In this document: positions 25,744 through 36,200 of the stretch, one piece after another
Layout of the letters: each line of letters starts with the position of its first letter
Numbering within the stretch: position 1 is the stretch's first letter
NCBI GenBank assembly: GCA_041741375.1
Contig: JBGSKF010000241.1
Span: 1,878-65,877 of the forward strand
Origin: Gemmatimonadales bacterium
Lineage (GTDB): Bacteria; Gemmatimonadota; Gemmatimonadetes; Gemmatimonadales; GWC2-71-9
Length of the DNA stretch: 64,000 nt
Reading direction: 5' to 3'
Program-made: the position numbers and the translations under genes
The notes under the pieces: model-generated
What the model saw: the letters and a program-made list of their open reading frames with translations, nothing else
Databases searched by the model: none
What the model was told of the DNA's origin: nothing

Positions 25744-26757
25744 ATGACCACCAGAATCGCGATCAACGGGTTTGGACGGATCGGACGGAACGTGCTCCGA
25801 GCAGCACGTCGGATGGCGATCGACGATCTGGAGATCGTGGCCGTGAACGATCTCACCGATACCCGCACTCTGGCCCATCTGCTGACCTGGGACTCGGTCC
25901 ATGGCCGGTTCGACGGCACGGTCGAGCCGACGGCCGAGGGACTCGTGGTCAACGGGCGGGTGATCAAGGTCCTGTCCGAGCGCGATCCCGCCGCGTTGCC
26001 TTGGCGCGATCTCAAGGTGGATCTGGTTCTCGAGTCCACGGGGCGCTTCACCGATCGCCTCGGGGCCTCCAAGCACCTGGAGGCCGGTGCCTCCCGGGTG
26101 GTCATCTCCGCCCCGGCCAAGCAGGAGGACGTCACGGTGGTCTACGGGGTCAACCAGCAGGACTACAACCCCGCCCGCCACCGGATCATCAGCAACGCGA
26201 GTTGCACGACGAACTGCCTGGCCCCGATGGTCAAGATCGTCCACGAGCAATTCGGCTTCGTGAAGGGGTTCATGACCACGGTTCACTCCTACACCAACGA
26301 CCAGAACATTCTCGACCTCCCGCACAAGGACCTCCGGCGGGCCCGGGCGGCGATGCTCTCCATCATTCCCACAACCACCGGTGCGGCCAAGGCCACGGCC
26401 CTGGTCATTCCCGAGGTGAAGGGAAAGCTGGACGGCGTGGCCCTTCGCGTGCCGACCGCCGACGTGTCCTTCGTGGACCTCACCTGCGAGGTCCGCCGGC
26501 CCGCCTCGATCGATGAGGTCAACGCCGCCTTCCGGTCGGCGGCGGAATCGGGACCCCTGGCCGCGGTGCTGGCGGTGAGTGATCTTCCACTGGTCAGTTG
26601 CGATTACATCGGCAACCTGAACAGCTGCACGATCGACCTCCTCTCCACCAACGTGATCGGCGACACCATGGTGCACGTGTCCGGCTGGTATGACAACGAG
26701 ATGGGGTATTCGGCGCGATGCGTCGATCTGATGCGGTACATCGCCAGCCGAGGCTGA
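25744..26757 (+). CDS. gap: Glyceraldehyde-3-phosphate dehydrogenase
   Basis: Motifs: INGFGRIGR, SNASCTTNCLAP, WYDNEMGYS. Confidence 0.95.
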   Translation: MTTRIAINGFGRIGRNVLRAARRMAIDDLEIVAVNDLTDTRTLAHLLTWDSVHGRFDGTVEPTAEGLVVNGRVIKVLSERDPAALPWRDLKVDLVLESTGRFTDRLGASKHLEAGASRVVISAPAKQEDVTVVYGVNQQDYNPARHRIISNASCTTNCLAPMVKIVHEQFGFVKGFMTTVHSYTNDQNILDLPHKDLRRARAAMLSIIPTTTGAAKATALVIPEVKGKLDGVALRVPTADVSFVDLTCEVRRPASIDEVNAAFRSAAESGPLAAVLAVSDLPLVSCDYIGNLNSCTIDLLSTNVIGDTMVHVSGWYDNEMGYSARCVDLMRYIASRG

Positions 26758-26758
26758 C

Positions 26759-27955
26759 ATGAAGCGAACCCTCGCCTCCCTCGACCCCAGCCGCCTGGAG
26801 GGACAGCGGGCCCTGGTTCGCGTGGACTTCAACTGCCCGATCCGCGAGGGCGTGGTGACCGACGCGACGCGAATCCAGGCCGCTCTCCCGACCATCTCCT
26901 GGCTCCGGGATCACGGCGCCCGGATCGTGCTCTGTTCCCATCTGGGGCGGCCCAAGGGCACCGTGAGTCCGGATTTCTCCCTGGCCCCGGTCCGGCGATC
27001 CCTGGAGCAGCACCTGGCCTCTCCCGTCGAATTTCTGGAGACTCCTCTGGGAGCGGAGACGGTGGCCGAAACGCGCCGTCTCCCCCGGGGGGGGATTGCC
27101 CTGCTGGAAAACCTCCGTTTCTATCCGGGAGAGGAGCGGAACGACCCCGAGTTTGCCCGGCTGCTGGCAGACCACGGAGATCTGTTCGTCAACGATGCGT
27201 TCGGAACCGCCCACCGGGCTCATGCCAGCACCGAGGCGGTGGCCCATCTCCTCAAGCCGGCCGTGGCCGGATTTCTCCTGGAGCGGGAGTTGCACTATCT
27301 CGGAGAGGCCCTCCAGAACCCCGCCCGTCCCTTCGTGGCCATTCTCGGTGGGGCCAAGATCTCGGGCAAGATCGACCTGGTGGATGCCCTGCTTCCCCGG
27401 GTCGATGCCCTCCTGGTTGGAGGGGCCATGGCGTGCACCTTCTTCCGCGCCATGGGATTCGAAACCGGCTTGAGTCTTGTGGAAGACGACCGCCTCGAAA
27501 TGGCACAGGACATTCTTTCCCGGGCGGGTACCAAGCTGGTGCTCCCCGGAGGTGCCCTCGTGGCCCCCGAACTCCTCGAGGGGATCACGACCCAGTCGGT
27601 GCCCCGGGATCGCATTCCCGTGGGGTTCGCCATGTACGATATCGACCCTCACACCACCACCGCGTTCGTCGACTGGATCAGAAAGGCCGGGACGGTGCTC
27701 TGGAACGGACCGATGGGCGTCTTCGAGGTTCCCCCATTCCATGTCGGAACGATCACGATCGCCCAGGCGATGGCGGAAGCCACCGATCGGGGGTGTATCA
27801 CGATCGTGGGGGGGGGAGACTCCGCGGCGGCCGTGGCGGAGGCGGGATTGAGTGACCGAATGACGCATGTCTCCACCGGAGGTGGAGCGTCGCTCGAATT
27901 CCTGGAGGGGAGGCCCCTCCCGGGCGTTGCCGCGCTCGATGAGGTCACCCCGTGA
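26759..27955 (+). CDS. pgk: Phosphoglycerate kinase
   Basis: Motifs: RVDFNCP, SHLGRPKG, GGAKISGKI, GGGDSAAA. Confidence 0.95.
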   Translation: MKRTLASLDPSRLEGQRALVRVDFNCPIREGVVTDATRIQAALPTISWLRDHGARIVLCSHLGRPKGTVSPDFSLAPVRRSLEQHLASPVEFLETPLGAETVAETRRLPRGGIALLENLRFYPGEERNDPEFARLLADHGDLFVNDAFGTAHRAHASTEAVAHLLKPAVAGFLLERELHYLGEALQNPARPFVAILGGAKISGKIDLVDALLPRVDALLVGGAMACTFFRAMGFETGLSLVEDDRLEMAQDILSRAGTKLVLPGGALVAPELLEGITTQSVPRDRIPVGFAMYDIDPHTTTAFVDWIRKAGTVLWNGPMGVFEVPPFHVGTITIAQAMAEATDRGCITIVGGGDSAAAVAEAGLSDRMTHVSTGGGASLEFLEGRPLPGVAALDEVTP

Positions 27956-28704
27956 TCTTCGCCGCCAACTGGAAGATGAACATGACCCCGGCGGAGGCAA
28001 GGCGATTTGCCAAGGTCTTCCTCTCGGCAGTTCCCCTGGAAGCCCATCGCCAGATCTGGTTCTTTCCGCCCGCGGTCACCCTCGGCGTGGCGGTGACCGC
28101 GTTTCGGAGTCGCCCGGACATTCGCTGCGGTGTCCAGGATGTTCACTGGGAACCTTCCGGCGCGTTCACCGGCGCCCTTTCGGTTCCCCTGGCCGCCGGC
28201 GCGGGGGCCACCCTCGCCCTGGTGGGGCACAGCGAACGGCGGCAGCTGTTTGGGGAGACCGATGACGACACGCGCCGGAAGGTTGCGGCGGTGCTGTCCG
28301 GTCAACTCACTCCCGTGCTCTGTGTGGGGGAGACCCTGGCCGAGCGCGAGCGCGGCGACACGATGGCGGTTGTTCTGCGCCAGCTCGAAGCTGCCCTGAA
28401 GGGACTCGGCCCCGAGGAGGTCTCTCGGGTGGTGGTCGCGTACGAGCCGGTCTGGGCCATTGGAACCGGTCGGAATGCCACTCCCGAGGATGCCGCACGG
28501 GTCCACGCATTGATCCGGGCGACACTGGATGGATTCGGGGCTTCCGCGCCTCGCGTCCTCTACGGGGGGAGCGTCAATCCGGGAAATGCCGGGGCGCTTC
28601 TGGCCCAGCAGGAGGTGGACGGTGTGCTCGTCGGGGGGGCGAGCCTCGAGCCGGCCACCTGGGCGGAGGTGGTCCTCGCGGGGGCATCGACCGGAACCGG
28701 TTGA
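27952..28704 (+). CDS. tpiA: Triosephosphate isomerase
   Basis: Motifs: ANWKMN, VGHSERR, AYEPVWAIGTG, YGGSV. Confidence 0.95.
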   Translation: MIFAANWKMNMTPAEARRFAKVFLSAVPLEAHRQIWFFPPAVTLGVAVTAFRSRPDIRCGVQDVHWEPSGAFTGALSVPLAAGAGATLALVGHSERRQLFGETDDDTRRKVAAVLSGQLTPVLCVGETLAERERGDTMAVVLRQLEAALKGLGPEEVSRVVVAYEPVWAIGTGRNATPEDAARVHALIRATLDGFGASAPRVLYGGSVNPGNAGALLAQQEVDGVLVGGASLEPATWAEVVLAGASTGTG

Positions 28705-28764
28705 CCCGCCGACACTTCCCCTGATATCTTTCAGCACTGGTCCGGAACACATACAAGGTCGCCC

Positions 28765-29124
28765 ATGTTCTACTTTCTCCTCATTCTGCTCATTCTCGAT
28801 GCCCTCCTGTTGACCACCGTCGTGCTGTTGCAGGCGGGGCAGGGTGGCGGTCTCGCTTCCCTCGGAGGCGGGACCACGGAAAGCGTTCTGGGGGGACGCC
28901 AGGCCACGACGGTTCTGACCAAGGCCTCCTGGATCACGGGAGGCGCGCTCCTGGTCATTTCACTCCTCCTCTCGCTCATGTCGGGAACCCCGGGGGGTAC
29001 AAGCGCAGTTCAGCAGCAGCTGCAGCAGGGGCAGCCCACGGCGCCCGCTCCCCTCCAGCCCGCCCCGATCTCCCCCGTTGCCCCGGTGACCCCACCGCCT
29101 GCCCCCGGTGGCAACGGTCAGTAG
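28765..29124 (+). CDS. secG: Preprotein translocase subunit SecG
   Basis: Two TM segments with [16 protein letters not shown]. Conserved tpiA-secG synteny. The C-terminal tail is Pro/Gln-rich. Confidence 0.85.
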   Translation: MFYFLLILLILDALLLTTVVLLQAGQGGGLASLGGGTTESVLGGRQATTVLTKASWITGGALLVISLLLSLMSGTPGGTSAVQQQLQQGQPTAPAPLQPAPISPVAPVTPPPAPGGNGQ

Positions 29125-30247
29125 TTTCCCGGACTCTGCACCCCGGCCGGAGCCACGGCCGGGGTTCGTCCTCCTGGAGGATGGGCGTTGGTTCCGGGGA
29201 GAGTACTGCGGAACTCTCACCCGGGCATTTGGCGAGGTCGTCTTCACCACGAATCTGACCGGCTATCAGGAAACCTTCACCGATCCCTCCTATCTCGGCC
29301 AGATCGTCGTCATGACGGCCCCGATGATCGGCAACTACGGGGTGACATCGGACGATTGCGAGGCCACCACGCCCCAGGTTGCCGGAGTGGTGGTCCGGGA
29401 GCTGTCACCCTCACCCTCGAACTGGCGCTCAGAGGGTACCCTCGGCGAATGGCTCACCCGGCACCAGGTCCCCCTCCTGGAAGGGGTGGACACGCGCGCC
29501 CTGACCCGGCATCTCCGGGAGCGGGGAGCGATGCGCGGCCTCGTGGCCCCGGGTGATTCGCCCAGCGAGGAGGACCACAGCAGGCTTCAGGCCTCGCCCT
29601 CCATGAGCGGACGAGATCTCGCCTCCACTGCGGGAGTCGCCACCGCGTATCGCGCGGGATCCGAGGGCCCGCACGTGGTGGCCTTCGACTTCGGGATGAA
29701 GCGCAACATCGTGCGAATGCTGGTCGGGGCGGGATGCCAGGTGACGGTCGTCCCGGCCCGAACCACCGTGGCCGAAGTGGAGGCGCTCTCCCCCGACGGG
29801 ATCTTCCTCTCGAACGGCCCTGGAGACCCAGCCGCCATCCCGTGGGCAGCCGACACCATCAGGACCCTCGTGGAAAGGGGCATTCCCACTTTCGGGATCT
29901 GTCTGGGCCATCAACTGCTCGGACTCGCGTTCGGAGGGCACACCACCAAACTCCCCTATGGGCACAGGGGAGGGAACCACCCCGTGCGGGACCTCGCGAC
30001 AGGGCGGGTGCTGATCACCGCCCAGAACCATGGATTCGCCGTGGCCGGTGATGAACATGGGATCCCCGGGGCCCCCGAACTGGCCGTCACCCACATCAAC
30101 CTGAATGACGGAACCGTGGAAGGTATTCGCCACAAGCAACTTCCGATGTTCGGCGTGCAATACCATCCCGAAGCAAGTCCTGGCCCGCATGATGCATGGC
30201 CTCATTTCGGGGACTTCATGAGCCTTCTGAGGCCGATTCCTGTGTGA
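29108..30247 (+). CDS. carA: Carbamoyl-phosphate synthase small (glutaminase) subunit
   Basis: Motifs: [36 protein letters not shown] start at 29108 would overlap secG by 17 nt, and the true start is uncertain. Confidence 0.9.
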   Translation: MATVSSFPDSAPRPEPRPGFVLLEDGRWFRGEYCGTLTRAFGEVVFTTNLTGYQETFTDPSYLGQIVVMTAPMIGNYGVTSDDCEATTPQVAGVVVRELSPSPSNWRSEGTLGEWLTRHQVPLLEGVDTRALTRHLRERGAMRGLVAPGDSPSEEDHSRLQASPSMSGRDLASTAGVATAYRAGSEGPHVVAFDFGMKRNIVRMLVGAGCQVTVVPARTTVAEVEALSPDGIFLSNGPGDPAAIPWAADTIRTLVERGIPTFGICLGHQLLGLAFGGHTTKLPYGHRGGNHPVRDLATGRVLITAQNHGFAVAGDEHGIPGAPELAVTHINLNDGTVEGIRHKQLPMFGVQYHPEASPGPHDAWPHFGDFMSLLRPIPV

Positions 30248-30262
30248 CGGGGTCGCAAGCTC

Positions 30263-30291
30263 TTGACAGACAACAGGTAAGCTCCTAGTAT
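30263..30291 (+). promoter_or_regulatory. Candidate sigma70-type promoter for the HU/IHF gene
   Basis: TTGACA (30263-30268), a 17-nt spacer, then TAGTAT (30286-30291). This lies about 55 nt upstream of ATG 30347. Confidence 0.5.
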
Positions 30292-30346
30292 CGCCTCTAT
30301 GCGGTTGCGCAGGGCAGCCGCTCCAGGTGACCCGGACGGGGGACGC

Positions 30347-30691
30347 ATGACCAAGGCTGATCTGGTGGAACTGGTGACCGCTGCCATGGCGCGAACGGCG
30401 GGGCCTCTCATATCCAAGAAGGATTGTGCCCGGGTAGTCGATACCTTTCTCGATACGGTGAAGGACGCCCTCGCCGACCAGCAGAACATCGAGATCCGTG
30501 GCTTCGGCACCTTCAAGATTCGAAGCCGGAAGACCCGGATGGCTCGGAACCCACGCACCGGTGATCCGGTCGAAGTGGCCGCCCGCCCGGTTCCCGTGTT
30601 CAAGCCGAGCAAGGAGTTGCGCGCCAAAGTGGCCGAGGAAAGGAATCATCCCGAAGGCACAGCGGGTGCGATGCCGCCACTTCACAACTGA
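30347..30691 (+). CDS. HU/IHF-family DNA-binding protein
   Basis: ORF 30299..30691. ATG at 30347. MTKADLVE..., GFGTFKIRSRKTRMARNPRTGDPVEV (beta-arm with conserved Pro). Confidence 0.85.
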   Translation: MTKADLVELVTAAMARTAGPLISKKDCARVVDTFLDTVKDALADQQNIEIRGFGTFKIRSRKTRMARNPRTGDPVEVAARPVPVFKPSKELRAKVAEERNHPEGTAGAMPPLHN

Positions 30692-30718
30692 CATCCCACC
30701 CCTCCCACAGTCCCAGAG

Positions 30719-30745
30719 GCCCCCGGTCCCGGGGGCTTCCTTGTT
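30719..30745 (+). terminator. Candidate intrinsic terminator
   Basis: GCCCCCGG TC CCGGGGGC palindrome (30719-30736), effectively a 6-7 bp GC stem. It is followed by TTCCTTGTT. Confidence 0.5.
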
Positions 30746-30776
30746 CCAATCCCATCACTCGGCGATACTCCTCCCC

Positions 30777-31040
30777 ATGTCTGTCCGCGAACCACTGACC
30801 ATTCAGGTCCTCCTCTTTGCCCGGTACGCCGAAGAGGCCGGCACCGATTCGTTGATTATGGAGGTCCCGTCCGGGTCGACCGTCGGGGGGGTCCTGGACC
30901 TGGTCAGGACTCGGCTCTCCCGGCCGGACGTGCTCCCACCCCGGCCCCTGGTGGCCCTGAACCGCAGCCAGGCGGACCTGCTCACCGCGGTCAGGGACGG
31001 CGATGAGCTGGCGATCCTTCCTCCCGTGGCGGGCGGATGA
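30777..31040 (+). CDS. moaD: Molybdopterin synthase sulfur-carrier subunit
   Basis: Internal ATG at 30777 of ORF 30498..31040. 87 aa with a ubiquitin-like pattern, ending in the diagnostic C-terminal ...PPVAGG. Confidence 0.8.
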   Translation: MSVREPLTIQVLLFARYAEEAGTDSLIMEVPSGSTVGGVLDLVRTRLSRPDVLPPRPLVALNRSQADLLTAVRDGDELAILPPVAGG

Positions 31041-31483
31041 GTGCCGCGCCCCGGCGGGTTGTGGAGACTCCCCTCGATGCGGGCGAGCTGCGGGCGCTGG
31101 TGACGGATTCCGGGCATGGTGCCGTTGTCCTGTTCGAGGGAGTGGTGCGGGATCGTCACCAGGGACATTCCGTGACCTCCCTTGAGTACACCGCCTATCT
31201 TCCGATGGCGGAAGCGACCCTGGCGGACATCATTCACGAAGCTCAGCAGCGGTGGCGGGTCCGGGTGGAGGTGCGCCATCGGATCGGCCGGTTGGCTGTG
31301 GGGGAAACGTCGGTCCTCGTCGCGGCGGCGGGAGCGCACCGGGAGGAATCCTTCATGGCGTGCCGACATGTCATCGACGAGGTGAAGGCCCGGGTTCCGA
31401 TCTGGAAGCGAGAGCGGTACGCCGATGGTCGAGAGGTCTGGGTGGACCCGACGGCGCCGACCCTGCCGGGCGAATCGGGATGA
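31037..31483 (+). CDS. moaE: Molybdopterin synthase catalytic subunit
   Basis: Motifs: GAVVLFEGVVRD, LEYTAY, ARVPIWKRE. ATGA overlap with moaD. Confidence 0.85.
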   Translation: MSAAPRRVVETPLDAGELRALVTDSGHGAVVLFEGVVRDRHQGHSVTSLEYTAYLPMAEATLADIIHEAQQRWRVRVEVRHRIGRLAVGETSVLVAAAGAHREESFMACRHVIDEVKARVPIWKRERYADGREVWVDPTAPTLPGESG

Positions 31484-32517
31484 CGGGGATCGGCGGAGGC
31501 GCGACAGTGTCCGATCGTTTCGGACGCCCTCTCGGGAGTCTGCGGATTTCGGTGACCGACCGGTGCAACCTGCGCTGCCAGTATTGCATGCCCGAAGCCG
31601 AATACACGTGGCTTCCCCGGTCGTCGCTGCTGACCTTCGAGGAGATCGATCGCCTGGCGGGTCTGTTCCGCCAGAGTGGAGTCCGCCGGATCCGGCTCAC
31701 CGGAGGGGAACCTCTGCTGCGCCGAGACCTGGCGGACCTGGTCGGGCGGCTTGCCCGCCGCGTGGACGACCTCTCCCTGACCACGAATGGATTGCTTCTC
31801 GGGTCGCGCGCCGCCTCGCTTCGTTCCGCGGGGCTCGGGAGGGTGACCGTCTCCCTCGACACGCTCCGACCCGACCGGATGCGTGCCCACGCCGGTACCG
31901 ACCACCATGCGGACATCATTGCGGGAATCCGGTCCGCCCGGGGGGTCGGGCTTCCGGTCAAGCTGAACACGGTGGCGCTGAGGGGATTCAATGATGATGA
32001 GCTGGTCCCACTCCTGCGATTTGCGAAGGCCGAGGGAGCCGAACTGCGTTTCATCGAATACATGGATGTCGGGGGGGCCACCCGATGGGACCCGGCATTG
32101 GTGGTGTCCCGCGCGGAGATACTGCACCGGGTCGGCGACGCGCTGGGGCCGGTGGTGCCGGTCCCCGAGCCGGGGTCACGGGCGCCGGCAGAACGCTTCC
32201 GCGCGGGAGACGGAACCATGTTCGGCATCGTCGCCTCGACGACGCAGCCGTTTTGTGCCACCTGCGATCGGGCCCGGTTGACCGCGGACGGCACCTGGTA
32301 CCTCTGTCTCTACGCTCGGGAGGGGATCGACCTCCGGGGGCCGCTCCGGGCAGGCGCCTCCGAGTCCGACCTGTTGGCATTGATCCAGGAGGAATGGGCG
32401 CGGCGGACCGACCGCGGAGCGGAGGACCGCCTGCGTGATGTGTCGCGTTCGGTGCTCTACCCGGTGCAGGGGTTGCGGAGGGATCCCCGCCTGGAAATGC
32501 ACACGAGAGGTGGGTGA
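31480..32517 (+). CDS. moaA: GTP 3',8-cyclase (radical SAM)
   Basis: Internal ATG at 31480 of ORF 31252..32517. LRISVTDRCNLRCQYCMP (CxxxCxxC), C-terminal FCATCDRARLTADG. Confidence 0.9.
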   Translation: MTGIGGGATVSDRFGRPLGSLRISVTDRCNLRCQYCMPEAEYTWLPRSSLLTFEEIDRLAGLFRQSGVRRIRLTGGEPLLRRDLADLVGRLARRVDDLSLTTNGLLLGSRAASLRSAGLGRVTVSLDTLRPDRMRAHAGTDHHADIIAGIRSARGVGLPVKLNTVALRGFNDDELVPLLRFAKAEGAELRFIEYMDVGGATRWDPALVVSRAEILHRVGDALGPVVPVPEPGSRAPAERFRAGDGTMFGIVASTTQPFCATCDRARLTADGTWYLCLYAREGIDLRGPLRAGASESDLLALIQEEWARRTDRGAEDRLRDVSRSVLYPVQGLRRDPRLEMHTRGG

Positions 32518-32523
32518 CGGTTC

Positions 32524-32985
32524 ATGGCCCTGAACATCGCCCTCATCGAGCCGCAGATCCCGCCGAATACCGGAAACATCGCGCGCCTGTGCGCTGCCAC
32601 CGGAACCGGCCTCCACCTGATCGGTCCGCTCGGCTTTTCGCTCGACTCCGCGGACGTTCTGCGGGCCGGGCTCGACTACTGGGATGCGGTCGACCTCTGG
32701 CCCCATGCACACTGGCGCGAGTTCCGCGAGGCGATCTCCCGGGAGCGCTGCCTGTACTTTTCCGCGCGGGCCACCGTCCCCTTCTGGAACGCTCGCTTCA
32801 CACCGACCAGCTGCCTCGTCTTCGGGAACGAGACCGATGGGATGCCGGAGCGGATCCTGGAAAAGCATCCGGAACGGTGCTTCCGGATTCCCATGTCCGG
32901 TCCGGTTCGAAGCCTCAACCTGGCCACGGCGGCGGGGATCGTGCTGTACGAAGCGCTCCGGCAAACGGGAGGGAGTGGGGGGTAG
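32524..32985 (+). CDS. trmL: tRNA (cytidine/uridine-2'-O)-methyltransferase (SpoU/TrmL)
   Basis: Motifs: IALIEPQIPPNTGNIARLCAATG, LVFGNETDGMP, SLNLATAAGIVLYEA. The last six codons lie inside a heptamer array. Confidence 0.85.
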   Translation: MALNIALIEPQIPPNTGNIARLCAATGTGLHLIGPLGFSLDSADVLRAGLDYWDAVDLWPHAHWREFREAISRERCLYFSARATVPFWNARFTPTSCLVFGNETDGMPERILEKHPERCFRIPMSGPVRSLNLATAAGIVLYEALRQTGGSGG

Positions 32986-33008
32986 GGAGTCGGGAGTAAG
33001 GGACGACG
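32967..33008. repeat. Degenerate purine-rich heptamer array (left arm of cassette B)
   Basis: GGGAGGG AGTGGGG GGTAGGG AGTCGGG AGTAAGG GACGACG. It is partially complementary to GTCCTAC units (with G-U pairs). It overlaps the trmL 3' end. Confidence 0.6.
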
Positions 33009-33068
33009 CGTGCGTCGCCCCTGCCCCGGATGGAAACGACTGCCGATTGGCGGTCGAGGCGAATCCAT

Positions 33069-33173
33069 GTCCTACGTCCTACGTCCTACGTCCTACGTCC
33101 TACGTCCTACGTCCTACGTCCTACGTCCTACGTCCTACGTCCTACGTCCTACGTCCGATGTCCTATGTCCCGG
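33069..33173. repeat. Heptamer tandem array (GTCCTAC)x12 perfect plus 3 degenerate units (right arm of cassette B)
   Basis: Counted directly. Perfect 7-nt periodicity runs from 33069 to 33152, then GTCCGAT, GTCCTAT, GTCCCGG. Confidence 0.95.
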
Positions 33174-33176
33174 CTT

Positions 33177-33205
33177 CCCCCTCTCCCACTCTGTGGGAGA
33201 GGGGG
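33177..33205 (-). terminator. Strong hairpin downstream of the TonB-receptor gene (no U-tract)
   Basis: CCCCCTCTCCCAC (33177-33189), loop TCT, GTGGGAGAGGGGG (33193-33205): a 13-bp perfect stem, 23 nt after the stop at 33228. Confidence 0.4.
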
Positions 33206-33227
33206 GCAGGGGTGATGGCACCTAGCT

Positions 33228-36200
33228 CTAGAAGATGTACCGCAGGCCGAGCTGGGCCTGCCGGGGCTCTCCCAGGCCGCTTCGCACCGTCCCGTCAAAG
33301 TTCAGAAAGAGGCCCTGCGACGACGGATCCTTGAAATTGTCGGCGTTGGTGATGTTGAACACCTCGAACACCGCCTCGATCGTGCCCCCGGCACTGCGGA
33401 ACGGTCGTGAGATGCGGATGTCCCACGCGAAGGTGGCGTTGTCCTTGCGCAGGGTGTTGCGCTTGAGGATGGTCCCGTCGGTACAGATGCGGTCCTGAGG
33501 CCCGACGGCCCGTTCCCCGCTGGGCCGATTGTTCACACACTTCTCGGACGTCGGCTGTGCCGACGAAAAGGACATCCGGTTGTTCAGGAAAATGTCGCCA
33601 GGGATCCGGGCCAGGAGCCACGCATTGAGCCGATGGCGCTGATCGCGGTCGCTCCAGTTGAACTCGGGGCCCAGGTTGTCGGCCCGGGCGTAGCGGAAGC
33701 TGAACGGATCCCGCTCGTTGTCATCGTCCGACTTGTCGAAGGACACGGTGTAATTCACCTGAAACTGGAAGTCGCGGTGGAGCATCTGCTTGAGTCCGGC
33801 GGTGAATCCGTTGTAGCGTGACCGGGCGCTGCTCTCGACCACGGTGAGAACTCCGACGCCGTTGCCCCCGGGCAGACCGGTGGCCCAGGGCGAACCGAAA
33901 ACCGGATCATTGCGATCGATGAACCGGGTCAGATTGTCGGTCCGGGCATGCGTGTAGCTCAGGCTCGCCGCCACGCCTCCCCCCACTTCTCTTTCGTACG
34001 CAACGGTCGCGCTGAAGGTGCGGGGGTTCTCGAAGTCCTTGTCGAACACGAAGACTCCCGGCTGAAAGGGTGCCCCGGTCGGCGTGGGGAGAAGCTCCCC
34101 GTAGTTCGGCGGTGCGCCGAGGATCCCGGTCAGGGCACTGTTCCGGAAGATGGTCTGCCCGATCGAACCGTTGGTGCTCCTCGTGCTGGCCAGGTTCAGT
34201 CCGGGGGTGCGCGCGTAGTAGAGCCCCGCGCTGGCGCGCAGCACCTGACGGGAGTCCCCGTTGACGTCCCACGCAATGCCGAACCGGGGCTGGAACATCG
34301 AGTAGTCCGAGGGAATCCCCCCGTCCGATGGGAAGGCGAAGGTGCCCTGCTGGTTGGAGACAGTTTGTCCAATGAAAGGCGCGAAGAACACGTCCTCCGC
34401 CGGGGTGATGGGATCGGGCTGGATCTGGGCTTCCCAGCGCACCCCGTAGTCAATGGTCACGTTCGGGTGCGGCTTCCAGCTGTCCTGCAGGAAGAGGGCG
34501 AGCTCGTTCTGGGTGATGGACTGGGTGCCGGACTGCTCCACCGTCAAGCCCCCGACGCCCGCCTGCTGCAGATAGAGCACAACGGGTCCGGTGATCTCCG
34601 TCCCGGCCGGGCACGATCCCGTGGTGGACGAAGATCCGTTGGAACACTCGACATAGCCGTTGCCCAGGCGCACGAAGTTCAGGAACCCATCCACGGAACT
34701 GAACGCCATCCTTCCGTTGCCGAACCCGACGAAGGTCTGCTTGACATTGGTCCGGTTCCACTCCGCACCAAACTTGAACAGATGGTTCCCCTCCACCACG
34801 GAGATGTTGTTCAGAACCTGGAACCGGGTATCATGGGCCTCGACCGGGAGGAAGAACGGCATCCCGATCCGGAACCCGGTGAACGAAATGTCGGTATCGG
34901 GGAAGGGCCGGCCGGTGCGGGGGTTGACGGGCCCGTCATAGGGGCGGGGGCGTTCCTCCCGGGCCCACTGAAAGCGGAACTCGTTGAAGACGGTGGACGA
35001 GAGCACCGAATTGAGGCTTCCGTTGATCGCGTGGGAAAAATCCCTCTCGAGACCGTTGGCACTCCGACCCCAGAGATCCACATCGAACGTGCCGTTCTCC
35101 TGGCGCGAGTTCGTGTAGTTGTACTTGAGACTGGCGTTGTTCCGGTCATCGAGCCGGACGTCCACCTTGGCCATGAGCGCATTGGCGTCGTTGGTGCGCT
35201 TGATCGCTCCGAAGTCGCCTTGGAGAGCCCCACCAAAGGCCGTGTCGGTGAAGGCCCGGAGAGCGGGGTCGATCAAGGAGATGCGGTCCTGTTGCTTGGT
35301 GGAATTGAATTCCTGCTGGTCGTATGCCACGAAGAAAAAGGCCCGGTCCCGCACGATCGGCCCCCCGAATGTCAGGCCGAACTGGTGCTGAGTAAAGTCG
35401 GGCTCGAATCCGCGAAAGTTCGGATTCTCGGTGCTGAAGTCCTTGGACAGTCCATCGTACTTCCCGAAATAGTGTGCTGTACCCCGGAACTCATTGGTGC
35501 CCGATTTGGTGATCACATTGACGAAGCCACCTCCCGAGCGACCGAACTCCGCGTTGGCTCCCTGGGAGACCACCACGATTTCCTGGATCGCGTCCAGGTT
35601 GAACGTGAACGCCGGTCGTTGACCTCCGCGCTGTTCCCCGAAGAAGGGGTTGTTGAAATCGGCCCCGTCCACGCTCACGTTGTTGTGGATGCCCCGCTGT
35701 CCCCCGATCGTGAGCTCATCCCCATCGGGGCCCTGGACGATCCCGACGTTGGGGGTGAGCAGAGTGAGATTCAGGAAGTTGCGGCCATTATTGGGGAGCC
35801 CCGCCACCACTTGCGGTTCCAGGCGGGTGGCCGAGGCGACCCGGGTGGGATCCACCACCGGCTCCGACACGGCAACCGTGAGATCCGCCAGTTGCACGGT
35901 CACCGGGACCAGCCGGAAATCCACCTGCAGGACCTCACCCAGTCGAAGAGTCAGGCCCTCCCGCCGGGTGGCCTGGTAACCCACCAGGCGGGCCGTGGCC
36001 GTGTACCCCCCGACCCGCAGCAGGGACCCGACGAAGATCCCCCGGGAATTGGTGGTCACGGTCCGCTCCGCGTTGGTCTCGAGATTCCGGAGCACCACCT
36101 GGGCCCCGGGCAGCGGATTCCCCGCCGAGTCGGAGACGATGCCGCGGATCACGCCCGTGGTCGCCTGGGACTGCGCCATCAGCCGGGTGGGAACGACACT

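Noticed and set aside
30692-30776. A Moco riboswitch upstream of moaD.
   Set aside because: The gap is only about 85 nt and is largely taken up by the terminator-like hairpin of the HU/IHF gene. I could not recognise the conserved Moco-motif elements by eye. Only an Infernal scan could settle this.
32684-33334. ORFs encoding (SYVLRPT)n repeats: 32684..33334, 33010..33225 and 33030..33215.
   Set aside because: They are translations of the GTCCTAC heptamer array. Because 7 is not a multiple of 3, all three frames give the same peptide repeat and all are open. No start context or flanking domain supports coding.
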